Below are positions 1 through 12,215 of a stretch of DNA of 64,000 bases, piece after piece (the stretch's first letter is position 1; the number at the start of each line of letters is the position of its first letter). The notes under the pieces were generated by a model, which was not told where the DNA came from, made no database searches, and saw only the letters and a list, made by a program, of their open reading frames with translations. The position numbers and the translations under genes were made by a program. Source of the stretch: Octopus vulgaris (taxonomy: Eukaryota); NCBI GenBank assembly GCA_951406725.2, contig OX597826.1, positions 27,652,001-27,716,000 of the forward strand, read 5' to 3'.

Positions 1-106
1 TCTGTTGGTCTTTCTGTCTGCGTGTCTGCTGCTCCGTTTTTCTTTCCCTCTTCGACTCCCACCTCTCTCTCACTCTCTCTCTAATTCTCTCTCTCTCTCT
101 CTCTCA

Positions 107-143
<37 letters not shown>

Positions 144-263
144 CCAATATATTTGTTGTCTGCATGTATAGAGACATTCAAACGCACATTTGAAGATGAT
201 GATGATGAACATCATCATCATGGTCATAACGATGATAGTAATCATGATCATGGTGTATCTTTA

Positions 264-318
<55 letters not shown>

Positions 319-426
319 ATATAAAGATACCCCACGGTTGTGTATGTGGGAGTGTTTGTGTAAACATAAATATGCATCTATCTAACTATCTATATCTATC
401 TATCTATCTATTTATCTATCTATCTG

Positions 427-495
<69 letters not shown>

Positions 496-508
496 TTGTC
501 TATCTATC

Positions 509-1135
509 TGTGGCTATGGCGAAAGAGTGTATCTGGTGGACGCGTCTGAAAGGATTGGAGACAAGCACTTTCCTCTCTGATCAACCTCTCATCAAATTCT
601 TCAAGTACCACTTGAAAAGGAAAGTGAGAGTAGAGAGGCAAGTTTTGTCTAGCGAACGTTTTAAAAAAGATGGGTGAATGTAGCAAGGATGGCACGTATG
701 AATGACAAAGCCACCTTGAGCATAATCCTATGAACCCAGAAATTGAAAACAGAGGGTTACCCACTTGCAAACAAATGTGGTAACATATAACAATATTGAC
801 CAAGGTTAAGGTGGTCTTTTTCGTAGGCTTTTCTTCCCACGGATAAACCTTACTTGCTTTCCCCTTTACATCATACATCATGACACTGTGATACACGATC
901 CCTATTGATCGTTTTTTTCCTCTTTTTTCTTCTTTTTTCATTTTTCTTTTCTTTTGTTCCTTTTCCCTTTTTCATTTTTTCTTTTCCTTTTTTTCTTTTT
1001 TTTGTTCTTTTTTCCCTTTTACGATCCCTTTTGATCGAAAACCTACGCCACCTTTTTTTTTCTCCCCCAAAAGAAAAGCTCTACCTTGTAACTTGTCCCA
1101 TCTGTGTGCAGCCCTGTGTGTCCAATAAATAAACT
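509..1135 (+). mobile_element. 5'-truncated Tx1/L1-clade non-LTR retrotransposon 3' end (ORF2 C-terminus + 3' UTR), inserted in (TATC)n
   Basis: Encodes AMAKECIWWTRLKG...FFKYHLKRKVRVERQVLSSERFKK/RWVNVARM (frameshift in an A-run), typical of Tx1/L1 ORF2 C-termini. Followed by a T-rich UTR and AATAAA at ~1124. (TATC)n on both sides. Second copy at 38419-39050. Confidence 0.7.
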
Positions 1136-1230
1136 TATCTATCTATCTATATCTATATCTATCTATATATATATATATAAACATACACATACGCATACAT
1201 ATGTATGTACTCATGTGTGTGCGACTTTAT

Positions 1231-1440
1231 GTCTGTGTTTGTCCTCCCACCATCACTTGACAACTGATGGTGGTGTGTTTACGTCCCCGTAACTTAGCAG
1301 TTCGGCAAAAGAACCCGATGGAATAAGTACTACACTTACAAACAATAAGTCGTGTAGTCGATTTCTTCGACTAAAAATCAATTTAAGGCGGTGCTCCAGC
1401 TTGGCCGCAATCATTTGATTGAAACAATAAATAGAATAAA
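1231..1440 (+). mobile_element. SINE family A (octopus OK-like), 3' half
   Basis: GTGTTTACGTCCCCGTAACTTAGC...AAGGCGGTGCTCCAGC...TGAAAC, shared with copies at 20033 and 45116. Confidence 0.8.
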
Positions 1441-1457
1441 ATTATGCACATATATAC

Positions 1458-1522
<65 letters not shown>

Positions 1523-1908
1523 TACTCGTATGTATGTATGTGTGTGTGTATGTATATATATATATGTATATGCATGTGTATATATATATATATATGTATA
1601 AATATATATATATATATATAATATATATATATACACAAACACACACATATATGCATACACATGTATAAAATTATTTCCTGATATTTGAAAAATTTCGGGA
1701 TATACAAAAATAAATTAATTAAGGTGATTAATTATATATAAAATATCTTTGAGAATGCAGATTAACAAAGACATTCTTAATGTGTATTTAAATTATGTTT
1801 GCATAATTAATAAAATTAATTAAAAATTTTTCTTTTCAATATATACTAATATGCATTATCTCTCTGTCTTTCTCTTTCTCTCTGTCTCTCTTAAAGATTT
1901 ATATATAT

Positions 1909-2015
<107 letters not shown>

Positions 2016-2479
2016 TAAATATTATAGATATAGATACAGATATGGAGGTCATGTTTTCCAGTTTATAGTCTGTTGCGATGGAGTTTCCCTAGTCAGACGA
2101 CTTTATATGAGAAAATTTCTTTTCATATAATTATTTTTCTCTCAGGGATATTCTCGTAATTTGAGGAATAGTTATGCAAGACATATATCTCTTGAAACAG
2201 GTCTTAGATTCAAGTTGTTAAGCCTTCACTCACTTTTCAGCTGTGATCTTTGAAACTAGATATGGCTCAATTGTTTTGTTGTAGATCAGTATGTATATTT
2301 TCGTGTTAATAATTTTCCGTTTAAAAGGATTACAGTTGCAGGAGTTTGTATGCTGTGGTACTCCACCCGCTTCTAACTTAATGATAACTATCTTAACTTT
2401 GACTAAGCATATAACGCAAAAATGTGTCTAGGAATTTGAGGATTTTAAAAAATATCAGCCTCTCACCTTGCTGTGCTAC

Positions 2480-2654
2480 TGCCTCAGTCGCCGTTTGCCT
2501 TGCAGTAGCGTGTCCACCTCCCGGTCGTTTCGACCCGCACGGTTCCTCCGAGGATGCGCTTCGCCGAGTGTCCGAGGCGGCCGGTACGTTCACTGGGAAA
2601 AAATTAGAGTGCTCAGAGCGAGCCCCGCCGGCTTACATACGAAAAGCATGGAAA
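2480..2654 (+). pseudogene. Degenerate 18S rRNA fragment (V4 region and following conserved block)
   Basis: GC-rich island. GAGTGTCCGAGGCGGCCGGTACGTTCACTGGGAAAAAATTAGAGTGCTCAGAGCGAGC...GCATGGAA resembles the conserved eukaryotic 18S block TTACTTTGAAAAAATTAGAGTGYTCAAAGCAGGC...GCATGGAATAA. The 5' boundary is uncertain. Confidence 0.7.
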
Positions 2655-2720
2655 AGCACCTTGCTGTACGACAGTCTCAGAGGGTACAATCGACAGCATT
2701 TAGAAATCGGTATTTGTCTG

Positions 2721-2946
2721 GAGCTGGCAGAAACGTTAGCACCCCGGACGAAATGCCTAGCGGTGTTTCGTCTGCCGTTACGTTCTGAGTTCAAATTCCG
2801 CCGAGGTCGACTTTGCCTTTCATACTTTCGGGGTCGATTAAATAAGTGCCAGTTACGCACTGGGGTCGATATACTCGACTTAATCCGTTTGTCTGTCCTT
2901 GTTTGTCCCCTCTGTGTTTAGCCCCTTGTGAGCAGTAAAGAAATAG
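2721..2946 (+). mobile_element. SINE family B (tRNA-like head, GCCTTTCATCCTTTCGGGGTCGAT central domain)
   Basis: GAGCTGGCAGAAACGTTAGCAC...GAGTTCAAATTCCGCCGAGGTCGACTTTGCCTTTCAT; many copies in the window. Confidence 0.85.
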
Positions 2947-3719
2947 GTACTTGTCTGGAAATTAAGCTGGTTTCTTACAAATCCTACGATCTATGGACTT
3001 CTAAAATTAACACAGCACCATTCATTTTGGAGGGAGGTGATGTACTAAAACTGATTTCAGCACTTCAAGGGTCCCTGTTTTATTGAAGAAACAAAAATGA
3101 TTCTTACTAGATTTGAATTAGAACGTACGGGAACTAAAAAAAAAAAAAAAGAAAAAAAGTGGCATCTTGTTCTCCTCTGATACAGATGTATTAATAATGT
3201 TTTATAGCAAAGCTGCGAGACGAAAACCTTGAAGATCTAACCGATTATATTGATTGTAGTTCTTGACTGGCATTGAATTACCAGCAATAGGAGGGAGAAA
3301 ACCAAAGTTGAACGTGGAAAATTTCGAACTGAAAACCTAAAATCGATGAAAGCTAAATCGATGAAACAACCATAAGACGTGTGTTAAGTTGCCGAATTTG
3401 CTAAAACATCGCCATTTTTGTAACAATCATAATCGAATATGAGATATATTTCTATCTGCAGGATATGCTTGTATATATTACAAATTAAGAAATACGGTTG
3501 AAAAGATTAAGAAATAAAAACGTGACTCAGAAATTTGTAGATAATTATTTGGAAGCAAAAAAGAAATATAAAATTAACAACTTTTGACCGATAAATAGTA
3601 TTTCTACGGTCCGTTTCAAATCACTGCATTCGGTGATATTTTTATTTTTAAATTATTTTGTTTTTCTCCATATATATATAACGCTTGCACTTCTTACAGT
3701 AAAATAATAAGACAAGAGA

Positions 3720-3778
<59 letters not shown>

Positions 3779-3792
3779 GAGAGAGAAAGGGG

Positions 3793-3825
<33 letters not shown>

Positions 3826-3995
3826 AGAGAGAGAGGGAGAGAGAGAGGGAGAGAGAGAGAGACATACATGCATACATATATACATGCATGCATATATAAA
3901 TACATATTTAAACAGTCACACACACACATATAAGTGTGTTTGTGTGTGAGTGTTTGACTGTGTGTTTGCATTTATTTGTGCATGTATGTCTATAA

Positions 3996-4055
<60 letters not shown>

Positions 4056-4302
4056 GTAGTTATCTACGTATGGGTGTGTATGTATGTATATGTGTATGAG
4101 TGTGTATGCATATATATATTTTTTATGTGTACACACACATACACATAAACGAACACACATGCACGCTCACACACACGCCCTGACATAGTATCATATAAAA
4201 CGGCATGCGAAAATCTTACATGGTAAAGATCCAGAGTTATTTCTAGGAGTCAGCAATTTATTCTACGACATTATATGCTTGTGTGTACAGACACACACAC
4301 AG

Positions 4303-4357
<55 letters not shown>

Positions 4358-4364
4358 TATATAC

Positions 4365-4419
<55 letters not shown>

Positions 4420-4500
4420 ATAGGATTAGCTCGTATACGAGTAGGTATATATTTGTAAAAAATGAAGTTCGAAAATGCTGCTGTATTATACAATTTTTAA

Positions 4501-4570
4501 TTTTTATATATACATTATAACATGTTTCAGTTCCTGAAATGAACCTTATCAAAAAAAGTTATATATAAAA
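4501..4570 (-). ncRNA. Type I hammerhead-like motif with U3-A8 core variant
   Basis: Minus strand reads TTTTATATATAACTTTTT-TTGATAA-GGTTC(ATTTCAG)GAACT-GAAAC-AT-GTT-ATAATGTATATATAAAA. Stem I is weak near the core. Confidence 0.5.
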
Positions 4571-4932
4571 AGAGACAGCTCATGCCGTCAAACACAAGAA
4601 ATTCATTTATAATACACAACGGAGTCAGACATCTTAGAGTTCATGTATAGTTGATATATAGTTCATGTATAGTTGATATATAGTTTGAAGTATATGTTCA
4701 AAGTGTTCGATGCAGTGGCCCACGGTGGCGATACGTATTCAATACAAAAAACAGATCAAAGTGGTGGAAAGCGGTCAATACAGAAGATTGATGTTTCCGA
4801 AAGAGCGAGGAATTCATTTTTACCTTAAGCAATTGTGATGACCCATGGTGGAAGTTCGCTGGGTGGTTCTAGTGATTTTTTGTGAAATGCTTGGTTTTAT
4901 AATGCCTGTTAGGTGGTCAATCTAGCGTAGCG

Positions 4933-5265
4933 TGACGTCATCAATGTTTTGACCAATCGTTTCGTTAGGTGGCTTTAATCAAGTGGAACGGGACGTCATC
5001 ATTATTTTGACCAATCGCTGCATTATAACTCCCTCTTGTTTGTTTCCTGTCTTGACCAGTCGCTTCGTTAGTCAAGCATAGCGGGATGTCATCCAGATTC
5101 TGCCCAATCACGACTTATAGCTACATTAGATCTGCCCCCTGTCTGTACTTGTTAGGTGACTATTCAAGCAGAAAAGGACGTCATCAATATTCTGACTAAT
5201 GACTGTCCCCTGTTTGTATCCTGTCCATTCTAGCAGAGCTAGACGTCATCAACTTGTTGACCAAT
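4933..5265. promoter_or_regulatory. Array of five CRE-like (GACGTCA) + CCAAT modules with fixed 12-nt spacing in the PLE pLTR
   Basis: GACGTCA-N12-CCAAT at 4934, 4992, 5085 (GATGTCA), 5177 (CTAAT) and 5242. Confidence 0.55.
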
Positions 5266-5454
5266 CAGAATCGGGTCTGACCCTTAGCTGTATCGTATGT
5301 ATCAGGGTCAGATTTGCACGAAAGAATTTTTTTCCCTTTTTTTTTTTTTTTTTTTTTTTTTTACTAAGGCATATTTCCGTCAGAATGAGTGTCTGTTTGA
5401 AGTAGTGGCCGTGGTGAAATTTGGTTCTCCTTTTCGGAGGACTTATCTTTTGTT

Positions 5455-6117
5455 TTAGTATTCCTGGCCCAGGGTGTTTAAACTTGGTCTAAATGTTTTT
5501 ATGAAATATAGTTCTTTATTTTGGCGTTGTGTGAAGGTTGCGTTGTCACTGAATTTATAGAACGGGTTAGTTGTAAATTTCGGATTTACATTTCCAGCAC
5601 ATCTATCTATGTGTCCGCTGACCGGTATTTTGCGGTAATCAGGGTTTCTAATTTGTGATTTATGCACCGCCATCCTGTTACGTAAGCTATTTTTTGTATG
5701 GCCTATATACTGCCTATTGCAGCCTGCGCATGTTATGACGTAAATTAAGTTTTCTGATGCGCAGGTGAAGTTTGTTCTAATGGTGAACTGGTGGCCTTGT
5801 TCCAGTATAAATTCTGATCCTTCTTTCAAGATGACACAGATTCCGCAGTTGGGCCTTCCACATTTTCTAACTGCTGGTTTTGTGGTTGATGTTGAGTGCA
5901 GTGTAGCTTGGGTTAAAATCCTTTTCAAGGATTTTGGTTGCCGTTTACTTTTAATGATGGTGTGTGTTTCGAGGATCCGGTTCATCTTTGGGTCTCCCTT
6001 TAGTAGGGCTGTGCTTTGTAGTATGGTGTTGAAGGCCTCATTGTTGAGTGGGTTGTGTGTAGAGATGTAGGGAAGGGTTTTTAATTGTTCTTTCTTTTTT
6101 GGTTTTGTTTGTTTCAT
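5455..6117 (-). pseudogene. PLE RT-EN linker and GIY-YIG endonuclease fragment
   Basis: RKCGRPNCGIC linker (Neptune-type Cys motif), NLIYVITCAGCNRQYIGHT..LRNRMAVH...VSGHIDRC (CCHH), KELYFIKTFRPSLN. The ORF start comes from the flanking TA tract. Confidence 0.85.
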
Positions 6118-6400
6118 ATATATACATATATATATATATGTGCATATATATATATATATGCATGGTGTGTGTGTGTTTATGGCTGTATGTACGTATATTC
6201 CAAAATGTATATATACTATATATATACTATATATATATATACATACACATAAACACAGACAAGGTCTCTTTCACACACCAATACAGGCATGTACACATAT
6301 GTAAATGTGTATCATTATAGAAAGATATATATATATATAAATATATATAAACGCATGATATAACTATGAACATTGGTATATATAAGCATATACACACAAC

Positions 6401-6435
<35 letters not shown>

Positions 6436-6627
6436 CGTACATAGTGGATATGCATGCACATATTTCTTGTCTGTTTGCCGAAAGAAAAAAAAAATATATC
6501 AAAATGTATAATGATAAAAAGAGGAAAAATGATATTTGTATAAATAAAGAATATTAATAAGTTCTACTTACATACGTATATGCAACATACATGCATATAT
6601 ACAGATATATATATATATATATATATA

Positions 6628-6669
<42 letters not shown>

Positions 6670-6907
6670 CATATGTATAAGCATGTATATATATATACAT
6701 ATGTATATATGCATGTATATATATACATATACATATGCATGTATATATATATATACATATATATATACATATACATATGCATGTATATATATATACATAT
6801 GCATGTATATATATATACATATATATATGCATGTATATATATATATATACATATATATATACATATATATATACATATGTCTATATATGTATATATATAT
6901 GCATATG

Positions 6908-6950
<43 letters not shown>

Positions 6951-7670
6951 GCATATGTCTATATATATATATATTTACATGCATACACACATTTAGGTAT
7001 GTATATGGCCCTACTCTCAGGACACGCGTTAATGTGCAGATGTATGTGTGTGTGTGCATATATGCGTAAGGTGCGTGTTGTCCTTACGTTACTCCCTTGT
7101 CTATTTCTGCGTGTATGTGTGCTTGTGTGTACGCCTGTGCATGTATGTGTACGTGTGTATGTATGTGTCTCTCTCTGTGTCTGTGTATTCGCCTGTTCGT
7201 GTATGCGGATGTGTCTTTGATTCCGTATATAATCCCTAATAAAGCCGCTCCAATCCCCAAATACGATAGTTGAACACAGATCAATTTGTCTTTGTCAATG
7301 ATGGTTATCTTTTTTGTTCGATTCTAATCACTGTTCAATCGATTATTTACCAGTTTTCTCGTCATTCTTATTTCCGCCTCCTCAATCTCCCCTCCACACC
7401 GCCACCTTACTCTCATTTGTACAACGTCACTCCGCCTCCTCCCCCGCATCCCCCTAGCACATTCACTTTATATTTTATTTATTTGTCTTTCCTTGTTATT
7501 CTCCATTATATATATATATTTTTTCTATTTTTCTTTACTAAGGCCCCCTCCATACATTCGCTTACTCTCCTGATTCTCCCCTTAGTTTCATATTCTATTT
7601 AATTATTCTACACACACTATTTTACACATACACTAAAAACACATGTATACACACGCAAATATATATATGA

Positions 7671-7710
<40 letters not shown>

Positions 7711-7783
7711 GCATACATATATTTGCTCATAAAGCATACAGACGCACTGACACACATGCAAATATACATATACATGCATACAC

Positions 7784-7848
<65 letters not shown>

Positions 7849-8009
7849 CAAATACATCCGGTTCGGAACAAGCAAAAGGAGAGACATAGAATAAGCACCA
7901 GATTATGACGATGTGTAACTGGAGTCGATTTGTTCGACTAAAGCTTTGCTGCGGTTCACTGTCCGAAACAAGTACGAGAATGAAATATATATATATGTAT
8001 ATATTTATG

Positions 8010-8042
<33 letters not shown>

Positions 8043-8207
8043 GTATATATATATATGTATATATATATGTATATATATATGTATATATATATATGTATAT
8101 ATATATAATAATATATGTATGTATATATATATATATATATACTTATATATGTATATATATATATATGTATATATATGTATATATATATATATATATATGT
8201 ATGTATA

Positions 8208-8247
<40 letters not shown>

Positions 8248-8327
8248 CATATGCATACATATACATACGTGCATTTATATATATATATATATTTATATAT
8301 ACATACATATGCATACATATACATACA

Positions 8328-8376
<49 letters not shown>

Positions 8377-8741
8377 TATTCTAAGTGCGACATAATTTCG
8401 TTATTTTGCGAATCGCTTGTTTTGTTACACTTTCTATGCAGTTGTTTCGTGGTTTCAAACCTCACCGAATACAAGAGTTTTTTTTTTCTTTTTACTTGTC
8501 GTCTGCTAATTGTTAGTCCCCTTTCCGTAGGTACATGCATGATCACATAACATTTAATTATTTAAAACATACTCACATATATATATATATACATACATGA
8601 GGGCTTTGCTTGTGGCTGTAATGGTGACCAATGAGGCCAACTCTTGATTTACTTATACGTTCGTAGATATTTCAGATCACGCTTCCCCCATTCACTACAG
8701 AACAACGTAACTACTCTTTTTTAACCCCAAGAGAACACTTT

Positions 8742-8826
8742 CTACAGCTGGTTAGCGACTCGACCTGTGTCCGATATACTGAAAGCAGCTGTATTTCAGG
8801 GTATTTGCCCTTCCTCAGTACTGGAC
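8742..8826 (-). ncRNA. Degenerate hammerhead-like motif (PLE pLTR remnant)
   Basis: Minus strand CTGAGGA-AGGG(CAAATA)CCCT-GAAA-TACAGCTG...CAGCTGTA; cleavage-site register imperfect. Confidence 0.4.
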
Positions 8827-9028
8827 ATTTTCCCGCTAGAGATGGCAGTTGTTCGCCCTAGCTGGCAATATATAGGAAAATAAGCGACATTCAGCTGCTG
8901 ACCTTACAACAAACAAAATAGCAAGTTCAAAAAGGGGTTCACTTTTTCACTGATTTTTAGCTTTACATTAACATCCGCTGGGAAGCTAATTTCTCCAAGT
9001 GTGCACAGCTTCTCTATATGTATGTGTG

Positions 9029-9363
9029 TGAAGGCGCATGGCTCAGTAGAAAGAGCATCGACCTTACGACCGTGAGTTTGTGAGTTCGAATCCCGTACCG
9101 GGCTACGCGTTCTGATCTTGAGCAAGACACTTTATTTCACGTTGCTCCAGTTCACTCAGCTGTAGAAATGTGTTGCGACGTCACAGGTGCCAAGCTGAAT
9201 CAGCCTTTGCCTTTCCTTTGGAAAACATCAGTGACATGGAGAAGGGAGTCTGGTATGCATGGGCGACTGCTGGTCTTCCATAAACATCCTTGCGCGGACT
9301 TGTGCCTCAGAGGGTAACTTTGTAGGTGCAATCCCATAGTCATTCGTGACCGGAGAGGATCTC
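9029..9363 (+). mobile_element. tRNA-derived CORE-type SINE (family C, octopus OR-like)
   Basis: A box TGGCTCAGTAG, B box GTTCGAATCC, then CTTGAGCAAGACACTTTATTTCAC...CACTCAGCTG; followed by (TATG)n. Confidence 0.8.
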
Positions 9364-9684
9364 TGCTCCGCATGTATGTATGTATGTATGTATGTATGTA
9401 TGTATGTATGTATGTATGTATGTATCGAAAGCCAGAGCGCCAGAAATTATCAAAATGATACTCATTTCTGGTGTGAAACGTAATACATGTAACTTAAAGT
9501 TTTGTATAACAAAACGTTTCAGTTCTCTTTTGTCCATCCGCTGTTATTATGGCATGGGCTTCCTTAGGTTAGTATAGCCCTTCCCATAAAGATTTCAATA
9601 AAAATATAATTCGGTTAGGCTTGGATAAATTGCTTGTGAAAATACGTGCTCACACATCAAGAGACGAAGAAAATAATACTAAAG

Positions 9685-9855
9685 TAGGAACTAGGCTAGT
9701 CGATTATATCGACTCCAGTGCACAGCTGGTACTTATCGTATCGACCCCTAAAACATGAAAGGCGGAGTGGACCTCAGCATGATTAAAACTCAGAACGTTG
9801 AGGAAAGAAATGTTGCTACGCATTTCGTCCGTTGTGCTATTCTGCCATCTCACCG

Positions 9856-9858
<3 letters not shown>
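9685..9858 (-). mobile_element. SINE family B, diverged
   Basis: Reverse complement of the family B consensus (GTCGATTATATCGAC...GGTACTTAT...ATGAAAGGC). Confidence 0.7.
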
Positions 9859-9859
<1 letters not shown>

Positions 9860-9954
<95 letters not shown>

Positions 9955-9998
9955 TGATGATGATGATGATGATGATAATAATAATAATGATGATAATG

Positions 9999-10063
<65 letters not shown>
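9860..10063. repeat. (AAT)n/(GAT)n microsatellite; left target of the R4/Dong insertion
   Basis: Direct observation. Confidence 0.95.
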
Positions 10064-10066
<3 letters not shown>

Positions 10067-10210
10067 GATAAGAAAGGAATAGCTACTATGAAGGAAAAGA
10101 TAAGAAAGGAATAGCTACTATGAAGGAAAAGATAAGAAAGGAATAGCTACTATGAAGGAAAAGATAAGAAAGGAATAAGCTACTATGAAGGAAAAGATAA
10201 GAAAGGAATA
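10064..10210 (+). repeat. 32-bp tandem reiteration (4 full + 1 partial) of the LINE 5' truncation end
   Basis: GCTACTATGAAGGAAAAGATAAGAAAGGAATA at 10082, 10114, 10146 and 10179, plus a partial unit at 10064. The last unit is in frame with the LINE ORF. Confidence 0.95.
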
Positions 10211-11635
10211 TTATAGGAGAATAAGGCTTGTACTGAAGACTGAACTCAACTCCAAAAATTGCATTGAGGCCATTAACACCCTGGCACTTCCAGTAGTCCA
10301 GTACAGTTTTAACATCATTAACTGGAACCTTACGGAACTCCAACGCTTGGACAGGAAGACAAGAAAGTTACTGACATCCAAGAGCATGCACCACCCTAAG
10401 GCAGATGTAGACCGCTTGTACCTACCTAGAAGCAGCGGGAGGAGAGGAATGATGCAATTAGAGCTGTGCTATAAGACCTCTACTGTAGGAATGAACAGGT
10501 ACCTATCTAGTACAAAGGACTGGATGCTGCGATTTGTGTGCGAACACGAAAGCAGCAAAAAGCTGCATTCTATTGTCAAGGAAGCTTATAAGTTCGAAAG
10601 GGAACTAGACGTTAACCTTGAATCAGATGAAGAGTCGGAAACCACTGCTACCAAGCAAGCAAAGCGAATCAAGCAGACTGCAAAAAAGAACGGGCAGAAT
10701 CAAATTGAGAGGAGGTGGAGCCAGAAGCCCCTGCATGGACAATATATTCTCCGAAGCCAAAATGCTGATGTAGACCAAGCAACAACCCATCAGTGGCTGA
10801 AGAGCTCTGGATTGAAAGCAGAGACTGAAGGCTTCATAATGGCAGCACAAGATCAAAGCTTGTTTACCAGAAATTACCAGGCTAACGTTCTCCGAAACGG
10901 TACTGACCCTAAATGCAGATTATGTGACACATTTGACGAAACAATAGACCACCTCGTTTCGGGATGTCCTGTGCTGACACCAAACGAATACAAAAATCGC
11001 CACGATAGGGTAGGACAGTATATACATTGGAAAATATGTAAACACTACAAATCCGACACTCCTGCTAACTGGTATGAACACAATCCTCAGCCAGTTGTTG
11101 AAGGTAAAGATGTCACCATCCTCTGGGATTTTCCAGTCAACACTGACAGAACGATCAAGGCTAATCGACCAGACATAATTATGAAAGACAGGGAAGAAAA
11201 TACCTGCAGACTAATAGAAGTAAGCGTCCCCACTGATAAAAATGTATCTGTCAAGGAATTTGACAAACTTAGTAAATATAAGGACCTGGAAATCGAAATA
11301 CAGAGGATGTGGAATCTTAAAACAAAAACTGTTCCTGTTATTGTAGGTGCCCTAGGTATGATAAAAAAAGGGATGTCAGAAACACCTAGACAATATCCCT
11401 GGAAAACCATGTCTCAAGGAAATCCAAAAGATTGTGCTAACAAGTACTGCCCACATCCTTAGAAAAACCCTATCAATGTAAATGTTTGTTTTTGCATTAC
11501 ATTGAGATATATCTCTACTTCCCCTCCCCAAGCTTTCAGCTATATTTCAACAACTCTTAACCTTCACTTGCCCTAGGGCGCTGGGTGTGCTCCGGCAAGT
11601 GATTGCATCAAACATGCAAATTAAAAGTAAATGAC
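10179..11635 (+). mobile_element. 5'-truncated R4-clade (Dong-like) RLE non-LTR retrotransposon in (TAA)n
   Basis: ORF motifs given in the next feature; short 3' UTR ending in an AAT tract; (TAA)n on both flanks, as known for Dong. Confidence 0.85.
10185..11481 (+). pseudogene. R4/Dong ORF C-terminal half: RT thumb, CCHC zinc knuckle, restriction-like endonuclease
   Basis: HHPKADVDRLYLPRSSGRRG, AAQDQ, CRLC..DETIDHLVSGC, RHD, RPDII...LIEVSVP, K..KY, VIVGALG. A +1 frameshift near 11363-11372; the shifted frame continues CQKHLDNIPG..EIQKIVLTSTAHILRKTLSM* (stop 11479-11481). Confidence 0.9.
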
Positions 11636-11690
11636 AATAATAATAATAATAATAATAATGATGATGATGATAATAATAATAATAACAATA

Positions 11691-11837
11691 ATAGGGGCTG
11701 CAATAAGGGTGGAACACTTGCAGAAAAAAGCACTGCTTGGAACCCCTCGAATTCTCCAGCCGGTGCTTGAAACATAATGGGTGTTGCCATCGTTCACTGG
11801 TAGTGGACAGCTGACACAGCAGTATATTTAGCTATTA

Positions 11838-11838
<1 letters not shown>
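11691..11838 (+). mobile_element. Second, different R4/Dong-like 3' terminal fragment in the same (TAA)n tract
   Basis: Translates IGAAIRVEHLQKKALLGTPRILQPVLET*, matching the R4 C-terminal LQK.ALLGTA.ILR.VL pattern; short UTR then (AAT)n. Confidence 0.7.
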
Positions 11839-11905
<67 letters not shown>

Positions 11906-11907
11906 TG

Positions 11908-11962
<55 letters not shown>

Positions 11963-12034
11963 TGATAATAATAACAATAATAATAATAATAATAATAATG
12001 ATAATAATAATAATAATAATAACAACAACAATAA

Positions 12035-12085
<51 letters not shown>

Positions 12086-12119
12086 TAATAATGAGGATGA
12101 TGATGATGATGATGATGAC

Positions 12120-12176
<57 letters not shown>

Positions 12177-12215
12177 GGTGGTTGTGGTGGTGGTTGTGGT
12201 GGTGATGATGATGAT
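11839..12215. repeat. (AAT)n-(GAT)n-(GGT)n compound microsatellite
   Basis: Direct observation. Confidence 0.95.

Larger units (their letters stand above)
4420..6116 (-). mobile_element. 5'-truncated Penelope-like element (Neptune-like): endonuclease + 3' pseudo-LTR, inserted in (TA)n
   Basis: GIY-YIG ORF followed by ~1 kb non-coding tail with a hammerhead-like motif; (TA)n on both sides. Confidence 0.85.

Noticed and set aside
2424-2921. 165-aa ORF
   Set aside because: Runs through the 18S fragment and a SINE, with no protein motif.
10064-10210. 32-bp repeats of CRISPR-like length
   Set aside because: No spacers, no cas genes, eukaryotic context, and the unit derives from the LINE ORF.
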